Virus record (IMG/VR): IMGVR_UViG_3300042862_000163
Location: 32,001 to 96,000 of that record
Length of the DNA: 64,000 nucleotides
Source: a virus
Lineage: Duplodnaviria; Caudoviricetes
Direction: 5' to 3' (one strand)
Numbering within the stretch: position 1 is the first letter of the stretch; the number at the start of each line of letters is the position of its first letter. The position numbers were made by a program, and so were the translations under genes. Below, piece by piece: positions 41,409 to 50,514 of the stretch. The notes below the pieces were generated by a model. The model was given only the letters and a program-made list of their open reading frames with translations, ran no database searches and was not told the origin of the DNA.

Positions 41409-42278
41409 ATGAATATAATATTTGATATATCAGGAGGATTGGGTAAAAACATTCTTTCTACAGCAGTATTAAAAGCAATTAGAAAACAACACAGTGATGC
41501 TTACATTATTGTTCTTACATCTTATCCAGATGTATTTATTTCTAATCCAAGTATAAATAAAGTTATACAACATGGATCTACTACAGGAATCTATAAAGAC
41601 TATATTATGTCTAAAGATGCAAAAGTGTTTGTTACAGATCCTTATACATGTTCTGATTACTTAACAGAATCAAAACATTTAATAGAAATTTGGTGTAAGC
41701 TTTGTGAAGTTCCTTATGATAATGAAATGCCTGAACTTTTTATCTCTAAAGCAGAAATAGAGTATTTTGCTCCTTTTTATAAACTTGATAAACCTATTAT
41801 GGTTATACAACCTAACGGTGGTTCACAAGAGCAACCATTAAAATATAGTTGGACAAGAGATATTCCTGCTCCAGTTATAAAAGATGTAATTGAACATTAT
41901 AAAAATAAATACACTATTGTACATGTTAAAAGAGAAGATCAACCTATTTATGAAAATACAATAGCAGCTCTTGATTCATTTAGAAGTATAGCAGTTCTAT
42001 TAATTTTATCAGAAAGAAGACTTCTCATTGATTCTTCTGTACAACATATAGCTGCAGCATTAGATTTACCAAGTCTTGTATGTTGGATAGGAACAAATCA
42101 TAAAGTGTTTGGTTATGATATGCATGCTAATATAGAAGCTAACACACCAGACAAAGAATTAAATTTTGATCATCCATATTTACAAAAACTTCCTTTATTT
42201 GAAGATATTTCTAAATGTCCTTATACAGAATTGAATAAAATATTTGACAGTAAAGATATAATCAAAGCTTTGAAATAA
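41409..42278 (+). CDS. GT-B glycosyltransferase (GT9/heptosyltransferase-like)
   Basis: GGLGKNILSTAVLKAIRK and IDSSVQHIAAALDLPS motifs. Start moved to MNIIF at 41409 to avoid a 41-nt overlap with the upstream gene. Confidence 0.75.
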   Translation: MNIIFDISGGLGKNILSTAVLKAIRKQHSDAYIIVLTSYPDVFISNPSINKVIQHGSTTGIYKDYIMSKDAKVFVTDPYTCSDYLTESKHLIEIWCKLCEVPYDNEMPELFISKAEIEYFAPFYKLDKPIMVIQPNGGSQEQPLKYSWTRDIPAPVIKDVIEHYKNKYTIVHVKREDQPIYENTIAALDSFRSIAVLLILSERRLLIDSSVQHIAAALDLPSLVCWIGTNHKVFGYDMHANIEANTPDKELNFDHPYLQKLPLFEDISKCPYTELNKIFDSKDIIKALK

Positions 42279-42757
42279 TGGCAATCTATTGGTTTACAGG
42301 ACAACCTTCACATGGTAAAACAACCCTTGCTAATGTTTTAGTAAATAATTTAAAATGGAGAGATAGAAAAGTGTTTCACATAGATGGAGACAATTTAAGA
42401 GCCCTTACATTAAATACTGATTATTCTAAACAGGGTAGGCTTGATAATATTACAGGAGCTCAAAAGATAGCTAACTACCTTCACAATGAAGGATGGGATG
42501 TAGTGGTATCCTTAGTTTCTCCTTATAGAGAACAAAGAGAACAATTTAAAAAACACATAGGCAATCGTCTTGTAGAATTATATGTACATGCAGAAGAACC
42601 TAGAGAAAGAGATAATTTAAAATCTTTAGATTATGAACCTCCTTTAGAAAACTTTATAGATGTTAACACTACAAATATAGATCCTAAAGATAATATTAAA
42701 AACATATTATGGTTAATAGAAAACGACACATCGCTAAGACTATTACTTATAGAATAA
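42278..42757 (+). CDS. cysC: Adenylyl-sulfate (APS) kinase
   Basis: WFTGQPSHGKTTLA P-loop, IDGDNLR, VVSLVSPYREQR, YEPP. Confidence 0.9.
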   Translation: MAIYWFTGQPSHGKTTLANVLVNNLKWRDRKVFHIDGDNLRALTLNTDYSKQGRLDNITGAQKIANYLHNEGWDVVVSLVSPYREQREQFKKHIGNRLVELYVHAEEPRERDNLKSLDYEPPLENFIDVNTTNIDPKDNIKNILWLIENDTSLRLLLIE

Positions 42758-42912
42758 TAAGTACAATTATAGGATTTGGTATTGTGTATATTTTATCAGG
42801 ATCTCTAAAAACAGGTGTAGCTTTTAGTTTTTTAGAAATTATATACAAGCCTGTACAATATTACATACATGAAAGAGTTTGGTATCGATATATTAAATAT
42901 GGATTAAAATAA
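42709..42912 (+). CDS. Small membrane protein (DUF2061-like)
   Basis: [14 protein letters not shown]...YYIHERVW pattern; two hydrophobic helices. Confidence 0.7.
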   Translation: MVNRKRHIAKTITYRIISTIIGFGIVYILSGSLKTGVAFSFLEIIYKPVQYYIHERVWYRYIKYGLK

Positions 42913-42920
42913 AAAAAATT

Positions 42921-43652
42921 ATGGCAACATTTATTAAAGCAGGTTTTTGGCAAAAATTATGTAATCCTTGTAATGGTTACAAAGGATGGCTTAATTTAGA
43001 TCAGTTGATAGAAAGTATAGCTGGTCCAGGAGTTCCTGGTCCACAAGGTCCTAAAGGTCCTCAAGGAGTACAAGGAGAACAAGGAGTTAAAGGTGACCAA
43101 GGTATACAAGGAGACACAGGTCCTCAAGGTCCTTCAGGACTTACAGGTTTATTTGCTCAAACTGCTGATAGTGCACCTGTAGTAAATACTGCAGTGGAAA
43201 CAACAATAGTAGGACCAGGTGTTGGTTCTCTTACTGTTCCTGCAAATGGATTTCAAATAGGAGATAGTTTTACTTGTGCACTAGATGGATTAGTTACTTG
43301 TGGAAGTTCAGCAACATTACATATTCGTATTAGAACATTATCTGGAGTGATTTTAGCTGATACAGGTATAATTGATATGGCAGCTGCAACTGATAAATCT
43401 TGGATAATAAATTTATATTTTACAATAAGAACATTAGGAGGAGTAGGTGTTGCATCAATTTCATCAGGTGGATTATTTTCTTATATTAGAAATGGAGGTA
43501 CACAGTTTGAAGGATATGTTTTAAGTACAGTTAATACTACAACATTTAATACAACTATTGATAATACACTTGTAATTACAGCACAATGGGACCCAGGTTC
43601 TATAGGTAATTCAATAGTAACAAGAAACTTTACGCTCACTAAAGTATATTAA
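42921..43652 (+). CDS. Collagen-like fibre protein
   Basis: About 13 Gly-X-Y triplets (about 43030-43150), N-terminal anchor shared with 38796, C-terminal beta domain. Confidence 0.8.
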   Translation: MATFIKAGFWQKLCNPCNGYKGWLNLDQLIESIAGPGVPGPQGPKGPQGVQGEQGVKGDQGIQGDTGPQGPSGLTGLFAQTADSAPVVNTAVETTIVGPGVGSLTVPANGFQIGDSFTCALDGLVTCGSSATLHIRIRTLSGVILADTGIIDMAAATDKSWIINLYFTIRTLGGVGVASISSGGLFSYIRNGGTQFEGYVLSTVNTTTFNTTIDNTLVITAQWDPGSIGNSIVTRNFTLTKVY

Positions 43653-43719
43653 AATATATTTGGTTATTAAATTTATATTTTTTACTTTTACGAATTATTA
43701 ATAATTTAAAACCAATATT

Positions 43720-43965
43720 ATGGCACAGTATGACCCAAATTCCAAATATACTTGGAAACCTGAAGACACATTTACATTAACAGGACAAGAGTTTGGTCTA
43801 ATTCTTAACACAGTTAGATCTTATTTATCATCAGAAGAAGCTGCAAGATTTCAATTAATGATTCAAACTAATCAAGTGATTGAGAAAATCATGAAAGAAG
43901 CAGTAGAAAATGATGTTATTACAGAAGTTGTGGAAGAAGTTCCTACAATGGAAGTGGTGCAATAA
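43720..43965 (+). CDS. Hypothetical protein
   Basis: 81-aa acidic ORF with AAACCAA leader. Confidence 0.65.
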   Translation: MAQYDPNSKYTWKPEDTFTLTGQEFGLILNTVRSYLSSEEAARFQLMIQTNQVIEKIMKEAVENDVITEVVEEVPTMEVVQ

Positions 43966-44022
43966 CACAACATAGCTGTTGGGAGACGAATAACAGCTGT
44001 TTTCAAACAAAAGCTCTTCTCT

Positions 44023-44226
44023 ATGAGAATATACGAACCAAAGAATAGAATAGATGTTACAACACCCAAGGGAGATGGGATTATCTGGATTATTACAGAA
44101 TTCGGAACAGAAACAGATACCATCTATACAATTATTATTAATGACACAGGTGAGATGTGGCAATACACTCACAAAGATATTATTGTAAAACCCAATATAA
44201 CATTTAAACGCTATGGCAACAATTAA
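44023..44226 (+). CDS. Hypothetical protein
   Basis: 67-aa ORF on the module strand (VTTPKGDG..GEMW). Confidence 0.6.
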   Translation: MRIYEPKNRIDVTTPKGDGIIWIITEFGTETDTIYTIIINDTGEMWQYTHKDIIVKPNITFKRYGNN

Positions 44227-44647
44227 AAAAGCACAGAATGGTGCTAAAACTAAAGATAGTACAGCATATTTTTCAAATGTGAAAAATAATGCATATAAAG
44301 TTGCAGATGAATACCGTAACGCTGCTTTTTCTGGAGGAGATGTAAGAGAAAAAGCTAAAAAAGTTGCATTTAAAGCATCTGATGATTTAATAAGACAATC
44401 TAAAAAAGGAAAACCAGGTAAGGATGCTAATGGTTATCCAGTAAAAAAGAAAATGAAAAATGGTGGAAGTCTAACTGGACTTAAAGCATCTAACAAAAGA
44501 GTTGGTCCTGTAGATCCAAAAGGAGCATTCACAAAGGTACAAAAGAAAACATTAGCTGGTGCTAAAGGAAAAGCTTCTCTTACCAAAGATAAACAACTTG
44601 GTGCTACAAAGATGGCTAAATGTGGTGCTAAAATGTCTAAGAAATAA
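44213..44647 (+). CDS. Small Lys-rich basic protein
   Basis: 144 aa; KKAQNG and MKNGG motifs. Confidence 0.7.
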   Translation: MATIKKAQNGAKTKDSTAYFSNVKNNAYKVADEYRNAAFSGGDVREKAKKVAFKASDDLIRQSKKGKPGKDANGYPVKKKMKNGGSLTGLKASNKRVGPVDPKGAFTKVQKKTLAGAKGKASLTKDKQLGATKMAKCGAKMSKK

Positions 44648-44808
44648 TGGCAACTGATAAAAAGTGGATTCAATCTGCAACAGCCTCTATAAAAAAAAGA
44701 GGAACTGCTGGGAAATGCACACCTATCACAAAGAAGGGGTGTTCTGGAAAAGCTAAAACTTTAGCTCTTACATTCAAAAAAATTGCTAAATCTAATAAGA
44801 AGAAATAA
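44647..44808 (+). CDS. Small Lys-rich basic protein (53 aa)
   Basis: Translated by hand: MATDKKWIQSATASIKKRGTAGKCTPITKKGC...KKK*; TAATG coupled at both ends. Confidence 0.7.
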   Translation: MATDKKWIQSATASIKKRGTAGKCTPITKKGCSGKAKTLALTFKKIAKSNKKK

Positions 44809-45596
44809 TGGCTAAGATAACTAAAGTTCCAGATGGTCCTCTTATTAAAAAGAAAGGCCCATTTAAAGGAAGCACATTAAAAGCTGGTGGTATGATCAAA
44901 CGTGCTGATGGTTCTACATCAAAACGTGGTTTATGGGATAACATAAGAGCTAACAAAGGATCTGGTAAGAAACCTACAACAGCTATGTTAAAACAAGAAA
45001 AGAAAATTAAAGCTAATGATAATGTTAAAAAATCTAATTTTTCTAAAATGAAATTAGGTGGTAAGATAATTAAGAAAGCACAAAGTGGTATTACTACAAG
45101 TAGTTCTTATAATCCAGAAACTAAAGAAACTACTATAAAGAAATCTTGGTCTGATACTAAATCTGGTAGTTTCAATAAGTCTTCTAATGCAAAAGCTAAT
45201 AAAAATACTGTATCTAAATCTATAGCTAAACCAACTATTTCTAAAACTCCTATTAAAGTTATCACTAAAGGTCAAAGAGAGTATAAAACTTTTCCTGGTC
45301 CTACTGCTGCTGGTATAGTTAATAAATCAGAAATAAAAGCTCCTTTATTACCAGCTAATGCTGCTAAAAAACCTGTTACTCCTAAAGAAAGTTTAGAAAA
45401 CAGACGTGAATATGTTAAACAGAAACAAACTACTGAAGACAAAACATATTTAAAACAAAATCCTGGAAAAACATTAGAAGATAGAAGCAAAGATATTCAA
45501 AAAAGAAAAAAACAATTAGAAAGACAATATAATAGAAATTCTCCTGGATTACCTTTACCAAATAAAAAAGGTTCTGGAGGATGTACAAATTGTTAA
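44808..45596 (+). CDS. Lys-rich basic protein
   Basis: 262 aa; LKAGG, MKLGG, KKAQSG; RGLWDNIRANKGSGKKPT segment. Confidence 0.7.
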   Translation: MAKITKVPDGPLIKKKGPFKGSTLKAGGMIKRADGSTSKRGLWDNIRANKGSGKKPTTAMLKQEKKIKANDNVKKSNFSKMKLGGKIIKKAQSGITTSSSYNPETKETTIKKSWSDTKSGSFNKSSNAKANKNTVSKSIAKPTISKTPIKVITKGQREYKTFPGPTAAGIVNKSEIKAPLLPANAAKKPVTPKESLENRREYVKQKQTTEDKTYLKQNPGKTLEDRSKDIQKRKKQLERQYNRNSPGLPLPNKKGSGGCTNC

Positions 45597-45624
45597 TAAA
45601 TTATAAATCTAAAACTAAGAAATA

Positions 45625-45894
45625 ATGGCAACACCTGCATGGACTAGATCTGAAGGAAAATCAAAATCTGGTGGATTAAATGCTAAAGGAATAGCATCAT
45701 ATAGAGCTGCAAACCCAGGTTCGAAACTCAAAAAAGCTGTTACTACTAAACCTTCTAAACTTAAACCTGGAAGTAAAGATGCAAATAGACGTAAGTCTTT
45801 TTGTGCTAGAATGGGTGGTGTTAAAGGACCTATGAAGAAACCAAGTGGTAAACCTACAAGAAAAGCATTAGCTTTAAAAAAATGGAATTGTTAA
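45625..45894 (+). CDS. Small basic phage protein (DUF6321-like)
   Basis: AWTRSEGK..GGLNAKG...RRKSFCARM.G...ALKKWNC pattern. Confidence 0.7.
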   Translation: MATPAWTRSEGKSKSGGLNAKGIASYRAANPGSKLKKAVTTKPSKLKPGSKDANRRKSFCARMGGVKGPMKKPSGKPTRKALALKKWNC

Positions 45895-45914
45895 TCAATT
45901 AAAAATAATATATA

Positions 45915-46310
45915 ATGGCAACAATAAAAAAAGCTCAAGCAGGAATCACTGCTAAAAAACCTGCAGTTAAAATAGAAAAGAAAACTACTGTAACAGCTAA
46001 ACCTAAGACTGCTTCTCAGAGAATTGGAGACTTAACATTAAGAGATATTAAAAATTCTACTGAAACAGCTCTTGATCTTTCTACTCTTGGTGCATATGGA
46101 GCTGCAAAAAAAGGTATTAAAAAATTAACTGGTATGAAATCTGGTGGCAATATGAAGAAAGCTAAATCTGGTATATCATTAGGAATGAAATCTGTTAAAG
46201 CAGGTGTTGATAAGAATCCTGGTGTAACTAGAGCTGATATTATTACAGCTGCAACAAAGAAAGCTAAATCAGGAGCTAAGATGACTAAATGTAAAACTGG
46301 TTGTAAATAA
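45915..46310 (+). CDS. Small Lys-rich basic protein
   Basis: 131 aa; MATIKKAQAG start (cf. 44213), MKSGG, KKAKSG twice. Confidence 0.7.
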   Translation: MATIKKAQAGITAKKPAVKIEKKTTVTAKPKTASQRIGDLTLRDIKNSTETALDLSTLGAYGAAKKGIKKLTGMKSGGNMKKAKSGISLGMKSVKAGVDKNPGVTRADIITAATKKAKSGAKMTKCKTGCK

Positions 46311-46471
46311 TGACTTCTGGTAAAGCAAAGAAATCAGGAGCTCCAAGAAAAGCTCCAAAGGTTGGTATTCCTAGAAAGGACAAACCTTTTTCAAAGACTA
46401 AGTCTATGGATGATAAAGCTATAAGAACTTCTCCTCAACAACCAATGAAACAAAAGAGATTATCCAAATAA
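46310..46471 (+). CDS. Small basic protein (53 aa)
   Basis: Translated by hand: MTSGKAKKSGAPRKAPKV...KQKRLSK*; TAATG coupled. Confidence 0.65.
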   Translation: MTSGKAKKSGAPRKAPKVGIPRKDKPFSKTKSMDDKAIRTSPQQPMKQKRLSK

Positions 46472-46500
46472 AAAAAGCCCTTGAAATAAGGGCTTTTCTA
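46470..46500. terminator. Bidirectional intrinsic terminator where the two transcription arms converge
   Basis: AAAAGCCCTT-gaaat-AAGGGCTTTT, with an A-run before and a T-run after. Confidence 0.85.
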
Positions 46501-46585
46501 TTTAAAACAATTAAAACAATTAAAAAAATAAGAAAGAAAAATAATAATTTTGTTGGAGAGCTTTTGCTTTACAAATATATAACAT

Positions 46586-47263
46586 TTATTTCAATTGATC
46601 ATAATAATCATTATTAAAATGTGGATGAAGAATAATATTTCCTTTTGTATCATCTAACACTCTATCTGCATGATCTAATATAACTTGATTGTCATTATTT
46701 CCTAACCCTGAAACATGGAATGTGTTCATTCCCCATCTATATATCATTGTATGTTTTAACTTTGATTCATATATTTTTCCATTATTATGAAATGTTATAT
46801 CTGCATCTTCTCCATTACTTGTATTAGGCCATTTAATTCTATTTAAATAATCTTTGGTATATATATTACCATTGTTAATATTGCTTGATTCTTTCTCAAA
46901 TTTATTATCAACAAAGAAATACATTCCTTCACTTCTATAAATATCAAATCCTGGATTAGTATCTATATCAATTTGTGCATTCTTTAGTGCCCATGGAGCA
47001 AGTAAATCATCATCATCTAATCTATATATGTATGGATAATTACATTGTTTATATCCCCATTCAAGTTTAGCTGATATAGAAGGAAATCTAGTTTCACAAT
47101 TGATAATCCTTACTCTAGGGTGATTATAGATATATTTTATATCTGGATTATCATTAACTATAACCATTTCACATTCTGGTGTGAGTTCTTGTGATATAAA
47201 TGATTGAATTGCTTCTTCAAGCAAATGATGTCTTTTGTATGTAAGTGTTAAAACTGAAATCAT
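46586..47263 (-). CDS. Glycosyltransferase family 2
   Basis: MISVLTLTYKR..LEEAIQSF, IVND, YRLDDDD, GED. Confidence 0.85.
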   Translation of the reverse strand: MISVLTLTYKRHHLLEEAIQSFISQELTPECEMVIVNDNPDIKYIYNHPRVRIINCETRFPSISAKLEWGYKQCNYPYIYRLDDDDLLAPWALKNAQIDIDTNPGFDIYRSEGMYFFVDNKFEKESSNINNGNIYTKDYLNRIKWPNTSNGEDADITFHNNGKIYESKLKHTMIYRWGMNTFHVSGLGNNDNQVILDHADRVLDDTKGNIILHPHFNNDYYDQLK

Positions 47264-48027
47264 TTTGGTAGTATTAGTCCGTTATTAAAATATGTTGGTA
47301 GTATTGTCCAATCTTTACAATATATTTCTTGCCATTTACTTGGACCTTTTGGACCAAACCATGTTTCTGGTGCAATAACTATTTTTTCAGTATTTCTAGA
47401 TAAATAAGCTGCCCACCAACTAAATGATGAATTAGATATAATAAAATGATGACACATAGACATAATCCATAATTGTTCATGTATTTCCCAATCTTCTAGA
47501 TATATCACATTAGGTAAGTTTATGTGTTCTTTACACCATGGAATATCATCACTAGCAATAATATATTGTTTTGAAGGAACTAGTGATATTGCCTTCATTA
47601 TATAATCTAATGATATTACAGGATGATAGTCTGAATATATTAGATAATCTCCTCTTCGAACATTGATTACTGTCACCTCTGTGTTAAAGATGACAGGAAT
47701 CTCTGTATGTATTCTATTTATGAATTCTTTAGTAGGAGAGAATAAAGATTTAATTGCCTCACTGTATTTGTTAAAATAGGTTTCATCTTGAAAGTATCCT
47801 GTATACACAGTAACTTTATTACTAATAATATCATTTGGATGATCTATGAAAAAATCTAGTTTTCTAAATATATTATTTATAAAATCATTAGTATGTCCTA
47901 CTTGATTTGCAGGAATTACAAGTTGTCTATTTTCATCCATAGCTCTTGCATATGCATTAGCAATCATAAACAAATTGTTACCAAGTCTTCCTCCTAAAGA
48001 AGGCATTATAAAATCTTCATTTAACAT
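47260..48027 (-). CDS. Alpha-1,2-fucosyltransferase-like glycosyltransferase (GT11)
   Basis: GRLGNNLF, GYFQDE, NVRRGDY, SDDIPWC, HFIISNSSFSWWAAYL. Confidence 0.9.
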   Translation of the reverse strand: MLNEDFIMPSLGGRLGNNLFMIANAYARAMDENRQLVIPANQVGHTNDFINNIFRKLDFFIDHPNDIISNKVTVYTGYFQDETYFNKYSEAIKSLFSPTKEFINRIHTEIPVIFNTEVTVINVRRGDYLIYSDYHPVISLDYIMKAISLVPSKQYIIASDDIPWCKEHINLPNVIYLEDWEIHEQLWIMSMCHHFIISNSSFSWWAAYLSRNTEKIVIAPETWFGPKGPSKWQEIYCKDWTILPTYFNNGLILPK

Positions 48028-48028
48028 T

Positions 48029-48757
48029 CTACCACACCATTATAACATTGTTAAAACACTCCTTGCTACCATTAAACTTTAATAATGGTTTATATTTATT
48101 ATCTTTATTCATATTTTTTAATTTTATTTCTAAATCGTATATATCATTTGAGTCTCCCTCAATGATTTTTAATATAGTATGATTGTAAGGCATTTCTGTT
48201 TTAGATTGAAATCTTCTTTTTATATCAACAAATGTTCTTCCTATCTTGTAAAAAGTTTCTTGGTCATTCCAACATTTAATTATATAAATTTTAAAACTTT
48301 CAAATCTTTTAGATTTTTTAGCAGCATCTTTCCAATTAGTCTTAGACCATCCAGTAGGATTACTAGAATGATGATCTGAACAAATTTTATCACCACATTT
48401 AGGACATCCCTGCCCCATAGAATGTGCTCCAGCAGTTTGTTCAAATAAACCATGATCTTTACATATTATTTTTACTTTATCTAATAAAGTTTTATATTTT
48501 AATAAACTATAATCATATTTATTATTATGAACAGCTATCATTTTATTTATAAAATATAAATTTTTATCTACTGCAGTTATTATAGTAGGAATAACCCCAT
48601 CTAAAAGATGGGATTTTCTACATTTATTTATTCCATAGATATTATTAACTAAAATATATTCTGAATTACTATTTTCTATATTTTCAAAAGTAAATAGTGA
48701 ATCAGGAAATTTAGTATAGAACTTAAGTTTAAATATGTCAAAACTTTTTTCTGTCAT
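48029..48757 (-). CDS. Putative free-standing homing endonuclease (Zn-finger DNA-binding repeat plus GIY-YIG-like domain)
   Basis: HNNKYDYSL..Y....KVKIICKDHGLFEQ...H..GQGCPKC followed by IYII..FYKIGRT..RRF. Confidence 0.65.
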   Translation of the reverse strand: MTEKSFDIFKLKFYTKFPDSLFTFENIENSNSEYILVNNIYGINKCRKSHLLDGVIPTIITAVDKNLYFINKMIAVHNNKYDYSLLKYKTLLDKVKIICKDHGLFEQTAGAHSMGQGCPKCGDKICSDHHSSNPTGWSKTNWKDAAKKSKRFESFKIYIIKCWNDQETFYKIGRTFVDIKRRFQSKTEMPYNHTILKIIEGDSNDIYDLEIKLKNMNKDNKYKPLLKFNGSKECFNNVIMVW

Positions 48758-48766
48758 AATATACTT

Positions 48767-49048
48767 CTACCAGATTTGGATCACATCGAAAGGGCTTACA
48801 AGTAATACTTGCTCATCTTCTGACAAAGGGATTAATGGAGCTTTTGATAATGCTGCTGGATCTATAAGAACTACATCTCCTGGTTTAACTTCCATGTTAG
48901 CTGTTCCTACACTGTGTACAACTAATTTAGACATTTTTTTAATCATTTCTTTCTCTAAAGCTTCTTTTGTATTATCATCTACAATAAGTTTGCTTTCTTC
49001 TTTCTTTGGTATCTCTAAATAGATACGGTTTCCTAATAATTTTGCCAT
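48767..49048 (-). CDS. GroES-like co-chaperonin
   Basis: KLLGNRIYLE..VHSVG..VKPGDVVLI..DVI pattern, 93 aa. Confidence 0.6.
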   Translation of the reverse strand: MAKLLGNRIYLEIPKKEESKLIVDDNTKEALEKEMIKKMSKLVVHSVGTANMEVKPGDVVLIDPAALSKAPLIPLSEDEQVLLVSPFDVIQIW

Positions 49049-49353
49049 TATATTGCTATGTTAGTTTGTTGATAAAATCTTGTTTTGTCTTCTGCACTCA
49101 ATGTAATTTCTGATTGCACTACTGCCATCTCTTTCTTACCTTGAATAACTCTATTAGTCTTGATATTGATAGTATCTGGTAGCGTAATCATTTCTTGATG
49201 GAAATCATTAAGAATAATCATTAACTCTCCAGAAGGTATCTCTACGCTTCTAATTACCATGTCTACATTTAAAGAGGCCATGATTGATTTCTCTTCAGAA
49301 GCTTCATCACTTCCTACTTGTTGTTTAATTGTGTAAAAAAATTGGTTTTTCAT
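49048..49353 (-). CDS. Hypothetical protein
   Basis: 101-aa ORF, coupled to the downstream gene. Confidence 0.65.
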   Translation of the reverse strand: MKNQFFYTIKQQVGSDEASEEKSIMASLNVDMVIRSVEIPSGELMIILNDFHQEMITLPDTINIKTNRVIQGKKEMAVVQSEITLSAEDKTRFYQQTNIAI

Positions 49354-49369
49354 AATTTATATTTAATTT

Positions 49370-50026
49370 TTAATTGTACTCGAGATCTAATATTTTACCA
49401 ACTAAATCACTTCTGTGATTAGCTTTAAGTTTAATCCATTCTATTCCTTCAATCTTCTTAGATAATTCAATAGCATAAGATAGACCAGTGTATGATTCTT
49501 TAATATCTTTCTGTTCATTATCTCCATTGATAATAATCTTACCTGTTTTACCAAGTCTAGTTAAGATAGCAAGCATTTCCCCTTTTGACAGGTTTTGCGC
49601 TTCTTCCACCACCAACACATCATCAATAGTTTTACCACGTATAAACTGAATAGGATAAGCAAGTATTTTCTTGTCCTTAACCAGGTCTTGAATTTTGAGT
49701 TTATCATAACATTTTTCTAAGTTCTCTTGAAATGCTTCCAAATAAGGATTAAATTTATCTTCAAGACTTCCTGGTAAAAACCCTAGTGACTCTCCCACCT
49801 CAACTGTGGCTCTAGTAACATACACATGAGCGCATTGTTTCTTCATTAAGAAGTCCAAAGCTGATTGTGCACACACTAATGACTTACCACTTCCAGCTCT
49901 ACCAGTAACAATTACTATTTGATTATTAATAATTAGTTCTTTAGCAAGCTTCTGCTCTTCGTTTAAAACTACAGCATACTTAATTTCTGATTTTCTAACT
50001 CGATTAGGTTCTTTCATTTTTTCCAC
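49370..50026 (-). CDS. phoH: PhoH-like ATPase
   Basis: GRAGSGKS, LGFLPG, FIRGKT, EEAQN, LTRLG, GDNEQKD, HRS. Confidence 0.93.
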   Translation of the reverse strand: MEKMKEPNRVRKSEIKYAVVLNEEQKLAKELIINNQIVIVTGRAGSGKSLVCAQSALDFLMKKQCAHVYVTRATVEVGESLGFLPGSLEDKFNPYLEAFQENLEKCYDKLKIQDLVKDKKILAYPIQFIRGKTIDDVLVVEEAQNLSKGEMLAILTRLGKTGKIIINGDNEQKDIKESYTGLSYAIELSKKIEGIEWIKLKANHRSDLVGKILDLEYN

Positions 50027-50116
50027 TTGTTATATTTCATTGTTGTTTTAGATCCGTAGGTGATTACATCTTTCTTGTTGTCTTTGATATGTTGTTCTAT
50101 AATAGAGTTAAGTGTA

Positions 50117-50512
50117 TCAAAGTAAATCATACTTCTCATTGAGACTATTGCGTCTTTTATTAATTTCATCATATTTATACATGTCATTTTCAACATTAGA
50201 ATGCTCTTCAAGTGTCAAAAGTATGATATTTTCTTCATCTAGGCAAGCTTCAGGGTATTTTTCTTTAGGTAATATGTGATGGAAGTATGTACTCATAGGT
50301 TCACTTCCTAAATATGTGTTACTCACTTCTGATCTATGAGGCTTCTTTTTCCATATAGTAAGAAACATTTCTCTTTGTATGATATAACCATCACTAACCC
50401 CCTTTTTAGGGGTTAATGTTGGCTTTAACCTACTTTGAGCTAAAGGTTTTCTAGCTTTATGTTGGAAACAATATTCTCCATCACAATTCTTTCCACATGT
50501 TTTACACTTCAT
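50117..50512 (-). CDS. HNH-like/NinG-like nuclease
   Basis: N-terminal CxxC..C..H; FHHILPK..YP...ENIILLT.EEH. Confidence 0.55.
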   Translation of the reverse strand: MKCKTCGKNCDGEYCFQHKARKPLAQSRLKPTLTPKKGVSDGYIIQREMFLTIWKKKPHRSEVSNTYLGSEPMSTYFHHILPKEKYPEACLDEENIILLTLEEHSNVENDMYKYDEINKRRNSLNEKYDLL

Positions 50513-50514
50513 CT

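Noticed and set aside
40568-48027. Bacterial LPS/capsule locus (host contamination or prophage boundary)
   Set aside because: The enzymes are interleaved and translationally coupled with phage fibre and basic-protein genes, and no flippase, polymerase, sugar-synthesis or integrase genes are present.
50014-50211. 65-aa ORF between phoH and the HNH-like gene
   Set aside because: Half of it overlaps the neighbouring gene and it has no motif. A shorter peptide from a downstream ATG is possible but unsupported.
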